Part shown: positions 49,676-59,184 of the stretch, piece by piece
Position numbering within the stretch: the first letter of the stretch is position 1
Layout: each line of letters begins with the position of its first letter
Source: Alphaproteobacteria bacterium
GTDB taxonomy: Bacteria; Pseudomonadota; Alphaproteobacteria; SP197
Direction: 5' to 3'
DNA length: 64,000 nt
NCBI GenBank assembly: GCA_964291415.2
Contig: OZ219920.1
Location: 1,376,001-1,440,000 of the forward strand
Made by a program: the position numbers and the translations under genes
Notes under the pieces: model-generated
The model's database searches: none
Told to the model about the DNA's origin: nothing
What the model saw: the letters and a program-made list of their open reading frames with translations, nothing else

Positions 49676-50332
49676 TTGCCGCAGATACCAGATGAGCTGA
49701 ACGCTCTCGGCATCGATTCCAGCCGACCCCTTCTCATCAGTGACGCCGACGAAGTGCTCTTCGCCTTCATGGAAGGTTTCGAGCGTTTCCTGAACGGCCG
49801 CGATCTGAGCTTCTCTTGGGCGTCCTTCCGGCTCAACGGCAACATCATCGACGATCGCACGGGCGAGGCGGTGGAGACGTCGGCTGTCAGGTCGCTCATC
49901 TATTCCTTTTTCGAAAACCACACCCGGTCGATTGCCGCCGTCGACGGGGCGGCGGAAACCCTGCAGCATCTGGGCCGCCATCTGCAGATCGTTGTTCTCA
50001 GCAATATCTGGCCCGAATTCCGCGAAGCGCGGGCTCATGCCCTCAAGAGCCAGGGCATGCCCTACCCCGTCATCGCCAACCGCGGCTCCAAGGCGCCGGC
50101 TGTCGCACATCTGGCCTCGCAGACACGCGGGCCCGTCTTCTTTGTCGATGACATTCCCGAGCATCACCGGGACGTCGCCAGCCTCGCCGGGGATGTCATC
50201 CGCATCCACTACGTGGCCAACCGGCGGTTGGCGGACCTCCTTGGACCCGCGACGAACTGTCATCACCATGCCCGCGACTGGCCCGGCATCCGCTCCTACA
50301 TCGAGGGCTGTCTCGGCGTGAGTGCTTCGTGA
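49676..50332 (+). CDS. HAD-superfamily-like hypothetical protein
   Basis: LLISDADEVL (DxD), VLSN, K and FFVDD motifs. Confidence 0.75.
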   Translation: MPQIPDELNALGIDSSRPLLISDADEVLFAFMEGFERFLNGRDLSFSWASFRLNGNIIDDRTGEAVETSAVRSLIYSFFENHTRSIAAVDGAAETLQHLGRHLQIVVLSNIWPEFREARAHALKSQGMPYPVIANRGSKAPAVAHLASQTRGPVFFVDDIPEHHRDVASLAGDVIRIHYVANRRLADLLGPATNCHHHARDWPGIRSYIEGCLGVSAS

Positions 50333-50423
50333 TTCTTCCACTGTCCCTGGCGGTGTAGACGGAGAAAGCGGTGACCGCGTGCCTGTCACATGGAGACGAT
50401 GATGGCGGCGGGCCGGCGTCACC

Positions 50424-51155
50424 GTGACTGTGCTCTATGACACGATTGGCGTTGGCTATCGCCACCTGCGCCGCACGGATCCGAGAATCGCCTCGTCCAT
50501 CCATGCCCATCTTGGCGAGTCACACACCGTTGTGAATGTGGGTGCGGGCACCGGCTCCTATGAACCGTCTGACCTCGTGGTGACTGCGGTGGAGCCGTCC
50601 GCTGCCATGATCCGGCAACGGCCGCATGACGCCGCGGCGGTCGTTCAGGCCCGTGCCGAAGACCTGCCGTTCGGGGACGGGGCTTTCGATGCCTCGATGG
50701 CCATCCTCTCCGTTCACCACTGGGACGACGCCCGCGGCGGGTTGCGGGAAATGCGACGGGTGACGCGCGGCAAGATCGTCGTCCTGACCTTCGATCCCCT
50801 GATGTCGAACTTCTGGCTGCTCGACTACCTGCCATCCCTGGCAAGCCTGGACAGTCAGCAAATGCCTGCCATGGACGACTTCGAGGCCGCGTTCGGTCCG
50901 GTCGAACGGATCGCCGTTCCCATTCCCCATGACTGCATCGACGGTATGCTCTGCGCCTACTGGCGCCGGCCGGCCGCCTATCTCGACCCGGACGTTCGCC
51001 GCTCGATCTCGTCATTCTGGAAGATCGGGGACATTACCGAACCGCTGCTGCGGCTGGAAAGCGATCTGCGGAGCGGTGCGTGGGAACGCCGATACTCCCG
51101 GATTCTACGCAGGGAATCCCTTGACTTCGGCTATCATCTTGTCGTGACGCGGTAA
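50424..51155 (+). CDS. Class I SAM-dependent methyltransferase
   Basis: VNVGAGTG, AEDLPFGDGAFD and VHHW. Confidence 0.9.
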   Translation: MTVLYDTIGVGYRHLRRTDPRIASSIHAHLGESHTVVNVGAGTGSYEPSDLVVTAVEPSAAMIRQRPHDAAAVVQARAEDLPFGDGAFDASMAILSVHHWDDARGGLREMRRVTRGKIVVLTFDPLMSNFWLLDYLPSLASLDSQQMPAMDDFEAAFGPVERIAVPIPHDCIDGMLCAYWRRPAAYLDPDVRRSISSFWKIGDITEPLLRLESDLRSGAWERRYSRILRRESLDFGYHLVVTR

Positions 51156-51256
51156 CACCTGTCGGGGATCCGCCAGGGGCGCAACGGTCCGGCAGCCCCC
51201 TCCACAATGGTGATTTCCGTCACCAATCGACGGTCCAGAGGATTCCCGTCTTGCGA

Positions 51257-52024
51257 TCAGCAGTCGCCGGCGGGGAGTTCGGTCAACTCGCGGAGCGTCA
51301 GGGTGGTGATCGTCGTGTCGTCCTCGTAGCGGATGGTGTCGATCACGCCATCATCACGAACACTGGCCGTCACCTCCATTTCCGGTCCGATGTGTTCCGG
51401 GTCCGTGAAGATCGAGACCTTCACGGTCCAGATCATGTGGCCATCTCTCTCTTCGACCGACTGCACGAAGGTCGTGTACTCGCTCGCCGCGGCTCCATCC
51501 ATTCCATCGAAGACGACGTGGTTCATGAACCTCTCGCCTGTTGCGGCACGCTCGAGAACATCGATGGTGAAGCGCATCGGAAACACGGTGCCAACGGGCA
51601 GGTCTCCGATGAACGATTCTGGTTCGTCGACCACGATCCGCCCCGTCTTGTCCGCTTCATCCACCACCGCCTCGCCCGAGGAGAGTTCTGCTCCGCCCGG
51701 TCCATCGAATTCGTTCTGATAGCGGTACCACGACCCGTCCTTGGCTTCGAAACTCACCTGGCTGCTGGCAAATTCGGGCGCATCATCTCCACTTCCGATG
51801 CGGATGAGCGAGACCTCGTTGAAGAGCCAGGTTTCGCAGTGATCCTCCGTTCTCCACTCGACGAATCCCTCCCCTGACCTGATCGCCGGATCACCTCGCA
51901 GAATCTGCACACTGGCATGGTAGGAAGCCCGATGGGACAGCATGTCGAGCGCCTGTACCCCACCCGCCGTCCAGACCAGCAGCAGCATGGCGATGAATGT
52001 TTTGCGATTGGCCCGGGATTTCAT
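51257..52024 (-). CDS. Secreted EipB/DUF1849-like envelope protein
   Basis: Signal peptide, SHRASY, internal Cys and terminal Cys, EAKDG, LPVGTVFP and VFDG. Confidence 0.7.
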   Translation of the reverse strand: MKSRANRKTFIAMLLLVWTAGGVQALDMLSHRASYHASVQILRGDPAIRSGEGFVEWRTEDHCETWLFNEVSLIRIGSGDDAPEFASSQVSFEAKDGSWYRYQNEFDGPGGAELSSGEAVVDEADKTGRIVVDEPESFIGDLPVGTVFPMRFTIDVLERAATGERFMNHVVFDGMDGAAASEYTTFVQSVEERDGHMIWTVKVSIFTDPEHIGPEMEVTASVRDDGVIDTIRYEDDTTITTLTLRELTELPAGDC

Positions 52025-52073
52025 TATGGACGTGTCGTTCGGCCTCCAACGTATTTGAAAGTCAGGAGCAACC

Positions 52074-53048
52074 ATGTCAAGCGCAGACCACCGCCCCTCG
52101 GTCTTTGTCACCCGCCGACTCCCCGATGCCGTCGAGGATCGCCTCAAGCGCGACTATCGGCCCATGCTCAATGCCGACGATCATCTGCCATCGGCTGATG
52201 AGGTGGTCGAGGGATGCCGCGAGGCCGAAGCCCTCGTTCCCTGCCCCACGGACAAGATCACGTCCGAGGTCATCAGCCGGCTCGCTGACGGCGTCAAGGT
52301 GATCGCGTCGTTCTCCGTTGGCTATGAACATATCGACGTCGACGCGGCGGCCAGGCGCGGAATTGTCGTCACCAATACGCCGGACGTTCTCACTGATGCC
52401 ACCGCCGACATTGCCATGCTGCTGATCCTGGGCGCCGCCAGGCGGGTGCACGAAGGCCAGAGGCTGATCTACGAGAAGACCTGGGGCGCCTGGGCGCCGA
52501 CCGCGATGCGGGGCGTCCATGTCACGGGCGCCAGGCTCGGCATTCTCGGCATGGGCCGCATCGGACAGGCACTGGCCAGACGGGTCGCCGGTTTCGGCAT
52601 GGAGGTGCATTACCACAACCGGTCTCGACTGACAGGCGAACTGGAGGCGGGCGCCCGCTTTCACGACAGTCTCGAGAGTCTGCTGGCCGTCAGCGACATC
52701 CTGTCGATTCACTGTCCGTCAACGCCTGAGACCTTGCGCATCATCAACGAGGACAGCCTCCGGCTGCTGCCCGACGGCGCCATTGTCGTCAATACGGCGC
52801 GCGGCAATGTCGTTGACGATGATGCCCTGATTGCCGCCTTGTCCTGCGGCAAGCTCTTCTCCGCAGGGCTCGACGTGTTCGATGGAGAGCCCGATATCCA
52901 CCCGGGCTATCGCGACCTCGACAATGCCTTCCTCCTGCCGCATCTCGGCAGTGCCACCATGCCCACCCGGGACGCGATGGGATTTCGCGCACTCGACAAT
53001 CTCGATGCCTTCTTTGGCGGTCAGGAGCCACCGGACAGGGTTGCCTGA
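52074..53048 (+). CDS. D-2-hydroxyacid dehydrogenase (glyoxylate/hydroxypyruvate reductase-like)
   Basis: TNTPDVLT, GMGRIG, NTARG, GLDVFDGEP and LPHLGSAT. Confidence 0.93.
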   Translation: MSSADHRPSVFVTRRLPDAVEDRLKRDYRPMLNADDHLPSADEVVEGCREAEALVPCPTDKITSEVISRLADGVKVIASFSVGYEHIDVDAAARRGIVVTNTPDVLTDATADIAMLLILGAARRVHEGQRLIYEKTWGAWAPTAMRGVHVTGARLGILGMGRIGQALARRVAGFGMEVHYHNRSRLTGELEAGARFHDSLESLLAVSDILSIHCPSTPETLRIINEDSLRLLPDGAIVVNTARGNVVDDDALIAALSCGKLFSAGLDVFDGEPDIHPGYRDLDNAFLLPHLGSATMPTRDAMGFRALDNLDAFFGGQEPPDRVA

Positions 53049-53066
53049 GACTCCAGCCCGGAAGGG

Positions 53067-53963
53067 TCAAAGTGGCGGGGCATAGGTCTTCATCGTCTCC
53101 ATCACCCTGTCGGAAAGGAGTTGCTGGTCGACGCGTCTCACGACTCTGAGTGGTCCGTCACCCCTGCTGAACACGGTGCGCCCAAACTCGCCGGCGTCGT
53201 TCCAGATCACGTCAACCGAACATGACTCGAGCGAATAGAGTTCAGGCCAGGCCAACAGCCCCGTCACCGTGACATCGTGAAGCGCCACCGGAGATTCCCG
53301 CCACATGGCGGCAACGGCCCTTCCCGGCTCTCCATAGCCTTCCATGGCGTCGAACCAGTCCTGCGGCGGCAGGATCCCGCGGGTGACATCCAGTGGAACG
53401 ACTGTCGCCGGCACCTTGCCCGTGAGCACGATCCGGGCGGCATGGGGATCGGCAAAGATGTTGAACTCGGCGTTCTTCGTGACATTGCCACCTCTCCGGG
53501 CGCCCCCCATGACCACGAGCTGTCCGATCGCCGGCGCCAGATCCGGTCTGAGGGACATCAGCAGGGCAATGTTCGTCAAGGGACCGATCGCCGCGATCGT
53601 GAGCGGTGTCGAAGCTTCCTCGAGAAAACCGGCAAGTGCCTCCACGGCATGGAAGTCCTCGACCGGAAGCTCCGCGTCGGGAAGCCCCGATCCCCCCATT
53701 CCGTCGGCGCCGTGGACATCAACGGCCGCCACGGAGTTTCGCATGAGTGGCCGGGCGCAACCGGGATAGACCGGTATGTCGTGGCGTCCCGCGGCTTCCA
53801 CGACACGTCGCGCATTGTGGCTGGTGTATTCGAGCGGAACGTTTCCGGTGACCGTGGTGATGCCAAGGACATCGATGATGTCCGGCAGTGCCAGGGCGAC
53901 GAAGAGCGCCAGCGAGTCGTCCTTGCCGGGATCGCAATCGAAGATGACGGGAAGCGGTTTCAC
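53067..53963 (-). CDS. Nucleoside hydrolase (IU-NH family)
   Basis: DCDPGKDD, VHGADG, GPLTN and AEFNIFADP. Confidence 0.92.
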   Translation of the reverse strand: MKPLPVIFDCDPGKDDSLALFVALALPDIIDVLGITTVTGNVPLEYTSHNARRVVEAAGRHDIPVYPGCARPLMRNSVAAVDVHGADGMGGSGLPDAELPVEDFHAVEALAGFLEEASTPLTIAAIGPLTNIALLMSLRPDLAPAIGQLVVMGGARRGGNVTKNAEFNIFADPHAARIVLTGKVPATVVPLDVTRGILPPQDWFDAMEGYGEPGRAVAAMWRESPVALHDVTVTGLLAWPELYSLESCSVDVIWNDAGEFGRTVFSRGDGPLRVVRRVDQQLLSDRVMETMKTYAPPL

Positions 53964-54026
53964 TCCAGAACCAGAATGCAAGGATTACGGACCCATCTTG
54001 CATCCACCACCGTGACGAGGCAAACC

Positions 54027-55226
54027 ATGACACCCCACAACAGGATCGACGATGCCATGACCGTGCCCGAAAACGTCACCTGGACCTGGCCCACGGAAAT
54101 CCGTTTCGGCCCCGGGCGGATTGCCGAACTCGCCGATGCCTGCCGCGCGCTGGGCATGGCGCGGCCCCTTCTCGTGACGGATCCGGGACTCGCGGGCCTC
54201 GACATGGTCACCCAGGCCCTCGGCGACATGCGCGAAGCCGGACTCCAGGCGGATCTCTTCTGCGACATCAGTCCCAATCCGTCCGGCTCCGATATCACGA
54301 GAGGAGTCGGACACCTCACGTCCGGAGACCATGACGGCGTCGTCGCCCTTGGCGGCGGCAGCGCCATGGATGCCGGCAAGACCATCGCCTTCATGGCCGG
54401 ACAGACGCTTGACATGTTCGTGTTCGAAGACAAGGGCGACAACTGGAAACGTGCCAACCACGACACCATCCTGCCGGTTATCGCCGTTCCCACCACTGCC
54501 GGGACGGGGTCCGAGGTGGGACGTGCGGCTGTCGTCATCGACGAGGCCGAGCGCACCAAGAAGATCCTGTTTCACCCCCGGATGCTGCCGGGCATCGTCA
54601 TCGAGGACCCCCGGCTCAGCGTCGGGCTTCCGCGCTCCATCACGGCGTGGACCGGTATGGATGCTCTCGCCCACTGCCTCGAGGCCTTCAGTGCGCCCGG
54701 CTATCACCCCATGGCTGACGGTGTTGCCCTTGAGGGCATGCGTCTGGTGAAGGAGTGGCTGCCGGTCGCGGTCAGCGACGGCGCCAACCTCGAGGCGCGC
54801 GGAAACATGCTGGTGGCCGCCACCATGGGAGCCACCGCCTTCCAGAAGGGACTGGGCGCCATCCATTCCCTGTCACACCCTGTCGGCGTGCTCTTCGACA
54901 CCCACCACGGTCGGACCAATGCCATCGTCATGCCCTATGTCATCACCTTCAACAGGAATGTCGTGGACGCACGATACCGGGATCTATCGCGCTGGCTCGG
55001 CCTTGGGAGCGGCGGTGTCGATGCCGTGATGGACTGGGTCCTCGACCTGCGCCGCACCATCGGCATTGAGCACACTCTGGGCGAGATCGGGGTCGACGAT
55101 CACGATGTCGACGAGATCGTCCGCCAGGGGCTCGCAGATCCTACGGCCGCCACCAATCCCCGGCCGCTCACCGATGACACATTCCGCCAACTCTTTCTCG
55201 ACGCACTCGAGGGTCGCCTCGGTTGA
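54027..55226 (+). CDS. Iron-containing alcohol dehydrogenase
   Basis: GGGSAMD, PTTAGTGSE, DALAH, HSLSH and HHG; the start could also be 54057. Confidence 0.92.
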   Translation: MTPHNRIDDAMTVPENVTWTWPTEIRFGPGRIAELADACRALGMARPLLVTDPGLAGLDMVTQALGDMREAGLQADLFCDISPNPSGSDITRGVGHLTSGDHDGVVALGGGSAMDAGKTIAFMAGQTLDMFVFEDKGDNWKRANHDTILPVIAVPTTAGTGSEVGRAAVVIDEAERTKKILFHPRMLPGIVIEDPRLSVGLPRSITAWTGMDALAHCLEAFSAPGYHPMADGVALEGMRLVKEWLPVAVSDGANLEARGNMLVAATMGATAFQKGLGAIHSLSHPVGVLFDTHHGRTNAIVMPYVITFNRNVVDARYRDLSRWLGLGSGGVDAVMDWVLDLRRTIGIEHTLGEIGVDDHDVDEIVRQGLADPTAATNPRPLTDDTFRQLFLDALEGRLG

Positions 55227-55233
55227 TGGTGCA

Positions 55234-56763
55234 TCAGGTACGGCTGTTCATGGCCGTATAGGGCCGACGCGGGGGATGGTCCCAGGATCCGAACCAGGCC
55301 TCGACATGCGGCAAGGCCTCCAGGGCAAGATCGCGGGAGGATGCGGGAAATGGTGTTGCCGCCATGACCTCATGGAGTTCGCGAATCGCGTCATCGAGAT
55401 TGAAGCGGGTCGGCAGGCGGTCCTTGAGAACCCATTCCCCGGCAACCATCACGTCCCGCACGTCCGCACCCCGCACTCTCATGAGCGCCAGGTCCCGTGG
55501 CGAGGCTTCAGGCGCCACCCAGGGCGTCGTGGCCGCCGTCATGTCGATCAGGAGAAGATCGGCGGCAAAGCCCGGTGCAAGGCGTCCGAGCTGATCGTCC
55601 TTGCGCATCAATGTCGCTCCACCCCGCGTGGCGCAGGCAAGGATGTCACCTGGCGACGGTGCGGCCTCGTGGTATGTCGGCGCACGGGCAAGACGCAGGG
55701 CGAGGCGCATTTCGGCGAACATGTCCTCGTCATCGTTGATGGTGGTCGAATCCATGCCCAGCGCGGTGACCACACCGGCATCGAGGAAGGCGGTGAGCGG
55801 GGCGATTCCGGCGCGCAGCCTGAGATTGCTCGAAGGGTTGTGCGAGACCGCCGTTCCGGTCTCGGCCATGATGGCGATCTCCTCTTCCGTCATCCACACC
55901 CCGTGGGCCATCGACAAGCGTGGTCCAGTCAGCCCGAGCCTGTGCAGGTGGACAAGCATTGGCGCTCCATGAAACTTCGGCCCCTGGAGTTTTTCATAAT
56001 ATGATTCGGAGACATGCGTTTGAATGTTGACATCGAGTCTCGATGCCGCGTCACCAATGAGCTCCAGGAACGGGTCGCTCACCCACGGCGGTCCGGGCGG
56101 GCCGAACCAGACGTCGATGCGCTCGTGGGCATCCCAGGCGACGATCAGGTCTTCCATCAAGCGTATGTAGTCGGCCGCCGTCATCTGGTCGGCTCCCGGC
56201 ATGTAGTGCGAACGCAGCCGCTCGCCGAGGTCTCGAGGCAGGTTTGCGAGAAAGCGCTCGTCACAATCACCAGGCCCGACACCCAGGAAGTTCTGATCAC
56301 CGATTCCCGGACCAAAGGCACAGCGCATGCCCACCGTGTCGTAGGCCCGGAGTGCTTCGTCGCACGTCAAGGCGACCTCTTCGGCAGACCCCGACAGCGA
56401 GGCGAGATCAACGACTGTCGTGACACCACCGTGCAGTTGGCGCGTTGCCGAGAGAAGGATATCGAGACGCGTCGGCGACCGGCGCATGACCGCCAACGCC
56501 TTGAGCCAGCTCTCGAGCAGCATGTCGGGCGCGCCGTGCTGCACATGGCTGGCGGCGGACGAATGGTGATGGGCGTTGATGAGACCGGGCATGATGGCAC
56601 ACTCCCGATCGCCTGAGGCAGCCGCGTCGCCATGCTCCCGGCACAGTCTGTCGGCTGGCCCGACATCGACGATGCGACCGTCTTCGACAACGACGGCGCC
56701 GTTCTCTGTCACGTCGCCTTGAGCGTCCGGGATGATCCAGCGCCCCAGAACCACCTCCTTCAT
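55234..56763 (-). CDS. Metal-dependent amidohydrolase (SsnA/deaminase-like)
   Basis: MPGLINAHHH, QTHVSES, AHGVW, HNPSSN and GMD. Confidence 0.9.
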   Translation of the reverse strand: MKEVVLGRWIIPDAQGDVTENGAVVVEDGRIVDVGPADRLCREHGDAAASGDRECAIMPGLINAHHHSSAASHVQHGAPDMLLESWLKALAVMRRSPTRLDILLSATRQLHGGVTTVVDLASLSGSAEEVALTCDEALRAYDTVGMRCAFGPGIGDQNFLGVGPGDCDERFLANLPRDLGERLRSHYMPGADQMTAADYIRLMEDLIVAWDAHERIDVWFGPPGPPWVSDPFLELIGDAASRLDVNIQTHVSESYYEKLQGPKFHGAPMLVHLHRLGLTGPRLSMAHGVWMTEEEIAIMAETGTAVSHNPSSNLRLRAGIAPLTAFLDAGVVTALGMDSTTINDDEDMFAEMRLALRLARAPTYHEAAPSPGDILACATRGGATLMRKDDQLGRLAPGFAADLLLIDMTAATTPWVAPEASPRDLALMRVRGADVRDVMVAGEWVLKDRLPTRFNLDDAIRELHEVMAATPFPASSRDLALEALPHVEAWFGSWDHPPRRPYTAMNSRT

Positions 56764-56866
56764 CGTCGCTCCCTCCCCAAGTCCTGGACCGGTGATGCAA
56801 CAGCGCACTTCCGTCATGACCTGTGGAGGGTGCATGATGAATCGTCAACAAGGAACTCTGTGCGTA

Positions 56867-58117
56867 ATGGCTGACCACTGCGACGTCATCATCATCGGCG
56901 CCGGCTCGGCGGGGCTGTCGGCTGCGCGTGTAGCCATGGAGCAGGGCCTGACGTTCACGCTGCTGGAGGCCTCCCACCGGATTGGCGGACGAGCCCTGAC
57001 CGAAGAGATTGCACCCGGGCAACCCTTCGATCTCGGATGCCACTGGATGCACTCGGCGAGTCTCAATCCCTTTGTCGCCATTGCTGAGGGCCACGGTTTC
57101 GCCTATCGCCAGGAGAGCGGATGGGACCGCGACATCCACCACCGGGGATCGCGCCTCGACGATGATGCCCTGGCGGAGTTCGATGCCTATTTCGTGGCGA
57201 AAGACAAGGCCTTTTCTGAAGTTCTTGAAGGTGATGACAAGGCCGTCAGCGATGTCGTTGACCTCGACAGCCCCTGGGCTGTCTACGACGCCTACTGGTT
57301 CTCGCTGGGAACTTCCTGCGACATGGACCAGACCGGCGTGCACGACGTCTGTGCCTACCGCGATACCGACGAGGACTGGCCGGTCATCGATGGCTACGGC
57401 GCCCTGGTGGCCACCTGGGCTGCTTCGATACCAGTGACCCTCAATGCCGAAGCGACCAAGATCACCTTGACCGGTGATGGTGTCGCCGTCGCCACGCCAA
57501 AGGGAACGGTGCGGGGACGCACCGTCCTGATAACGGTGTCCACCAACGTCCTGGCTTCGGGGCGCATCAGCTTCGATCCTGGACTTCCTGCCTGGAAGGA
57601 AACGGCGGCGCGGGAGTTGCCGCTCGGGGTTCACAACCGAATCGCCATGCTGCTGAAGGACCCCCCTCGAGACTGCCGCGATGAAGACATGACCGTGCTG
57701 CTCCCGAACAGCGACGTGCCAATGGGTGTGCAACTTGGGCCCTACGGCACCTCCTGGGCCGTTGGCGTCACCGGAGGTCGATTCGGCTCCTGGCTTGAAC
57801 GCTCAGGCCAGGAGGCGTCTGTCGAATGCCTTGCCGAACACCTGAAGGCGGCATGGGGATCTTCCATCGCCAGGCACTTCACCGACCGCGTGATCGTCAC
57901 CGCATGGCAGGGCGATCCATGGACACTGGGATCCTATTCTGCCGCCACCCCGGGCAATGCCCACCAGCGTTTCGAGCTCGCCAGGCCGATCGACGACCGA
58001 ATCTTCTTTGCCGGCGAGGCCACCATTCCGGAGTTTCACGCCACGTGCCATGGCGCCTGGCTCTCCGGACGGCGGGCGATGCATGAAATCAGGTCAGCAT
58101 TGAGGCCTCGCGGCTGA
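56867..58117 (+). CDS. Flavin-containing amine oxidase family protein
   Basis: GAGSAG, EASHRIGGR, DLGCHW, WQGDPWTLGSYS and FAGEAT..HGAWLSG; the start may be about 30 nt earlier. Confidence 0.9.
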   Translation: MADHCDVIIIGAGSAGLSAARVAMEQGLTFTLLEASHRIGGRALTEEIAPGQPFDLGCHWMHSASLNPFVAIAEGHGFAYRQESGWDRDIHHRGSRLDDDALAEFDAYFVAKDKAFSEVLEGDDKAVSDVVDLDSPWAVYDAYWFSLGTSCDMDQTGVHDVCAYRDTDEDWPVIDGYGALVATWAASIPVTLNAEATKITLTGDGVAVATPKGTVRGRTVLITVSTNVLASGRISFDPGLPAWKETAARELPLGVHNRIAMLLKDPPRDCRDEDMTVLLPNSDVPMGVQLGPYGTSWAVGVTGGRFGSWLERSGQEASVECLAEHLKAAWGSSIARHFTDRVIVTAWQGDPWTLGSYSAATPGNAHQRFELARPIDDRIFFAGEATIPEFHATCHGAWLSGRRAMHEIRSALRPRG

Positions 58118-58346
58118 TCATCCCGAACATCGCTTTCATTGTCCGGGATCCGGAAAGCCGTGGTCACGGCATTGCCCTGCTCCGATGATTCGACGTGACC
58201 GGCCCCCGGCGTATCAATCACGTCACCAAGTGTTTTCCTCCAGAACAACTGCAAGAACCGCGAACGCGGGGCAGATCACCCGTCGCCATGGAAGCAGGAC
58301 TATCCCGGGTATGTTGGCATGCCCCGACAACGGCGTTTCAGGAATC

Positions 58347-59105
58347 TCATGCGGTCTCGCCGCCGTCGATCGCGACGATCGAACCGGTCGCAAAGGTCGC
58401 GGCATCGCTGGCGAGGAACAGCACCGGTCCCGCAAGCTCGTCAGTCCTGGCAATGCGCCGTTGCGCACAATCCCTGGCAATGACCTTGTAGCCGTCCTCG
58501 ACATTACCGGCGATGCGCACGGCAAGGTTCTGCAGCATGTCGGTATCGACCCCTCCGGGGCAGACTGCGTTCACCCGGACATCCGGGGCAAGTTCCTTCG
58601 CCAGGCACTTCGTCATGTTGATGACACCGGCCTTCGAGGGGCCGTAGGCAGTGCTTCGCACGACGCCCGTCATGCCGTTGACCGATGCGATGTTGACAAT
58701 GTTGCCTTTGGTGGGGCGCAGGTGCGGAACCGCTGCCTGGATGGTGAAGAACGTGCCCTTGAGGTTGGTGTCGATGATGCGGTCCCACAGCTCTTCCGTG
58801 AAATCGTCGATCGCCGCGCCGCCGCCCCTCCCGGCGTTGTTGACGAGCACGTCGAGGCCACCGAGTCCTTCGACGGCGGCCTCCACGACAGTCCTGCAAC
58901 CCTCTACGGTGGCCACGGATCCCGGCGCGCCGACAACTCGGTCTCCGGAATCGAGTTCGCTGACGGCATCACTGGTGGTGCCCTCGGAACTGCCGTTGAG
59001 TGCCACCCGGGCGCCCGCCTCGACGAAGGCCTCGACGATGGCGCGGCCTATTCCCCTGGTCCCGCCGGTGACGAGCACCCGCCTGCCTTCATGATCGATC
59101 TTCAT
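58347..59105 (-). CDS. SDR family oxidoreductase
   Basis: TGGTRGIG, VNNAG and YGPSK. Confidence 0.93.
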   Translation of the reverse strand: MKIDHEGRRVLVTGGTRGIGRAIVEAFVEAGARVALNGSSEGTTSDAVSELDSGDRVVGAPGSVATVEGCRTVVEAAVEGLGGLDVLVNNAGRGGGAAIDDFTEELWDRIIDTNLKGTFFTIQAAVPHLRPTKGNIVNIASVNGMTGVVRSTAYGPSKAGVINMTKCLAKELAPDVRVNAVCPGGVDTDMLQNLAVRIAGNVEDGYKVIARDCAQRRIARTDELAGPVLFLASDAATFATGSIVAIDGGETA

Positions 59106-59184
59106 GGTCCTGATCCTCTTCCGTCACACGTACTCTATTGCGCCCTGCAACCGGAACAACCGCTCGTTCACGGCGAGGGCCCGG

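Noticed and set aside
53277-54026. Apparent 250-aa N-terminal extension of the iron alcohol dehydrogenase
   Set aside because: It is the antisense of the nucleoside hydrolase gene; family similarity begins only near 54057.
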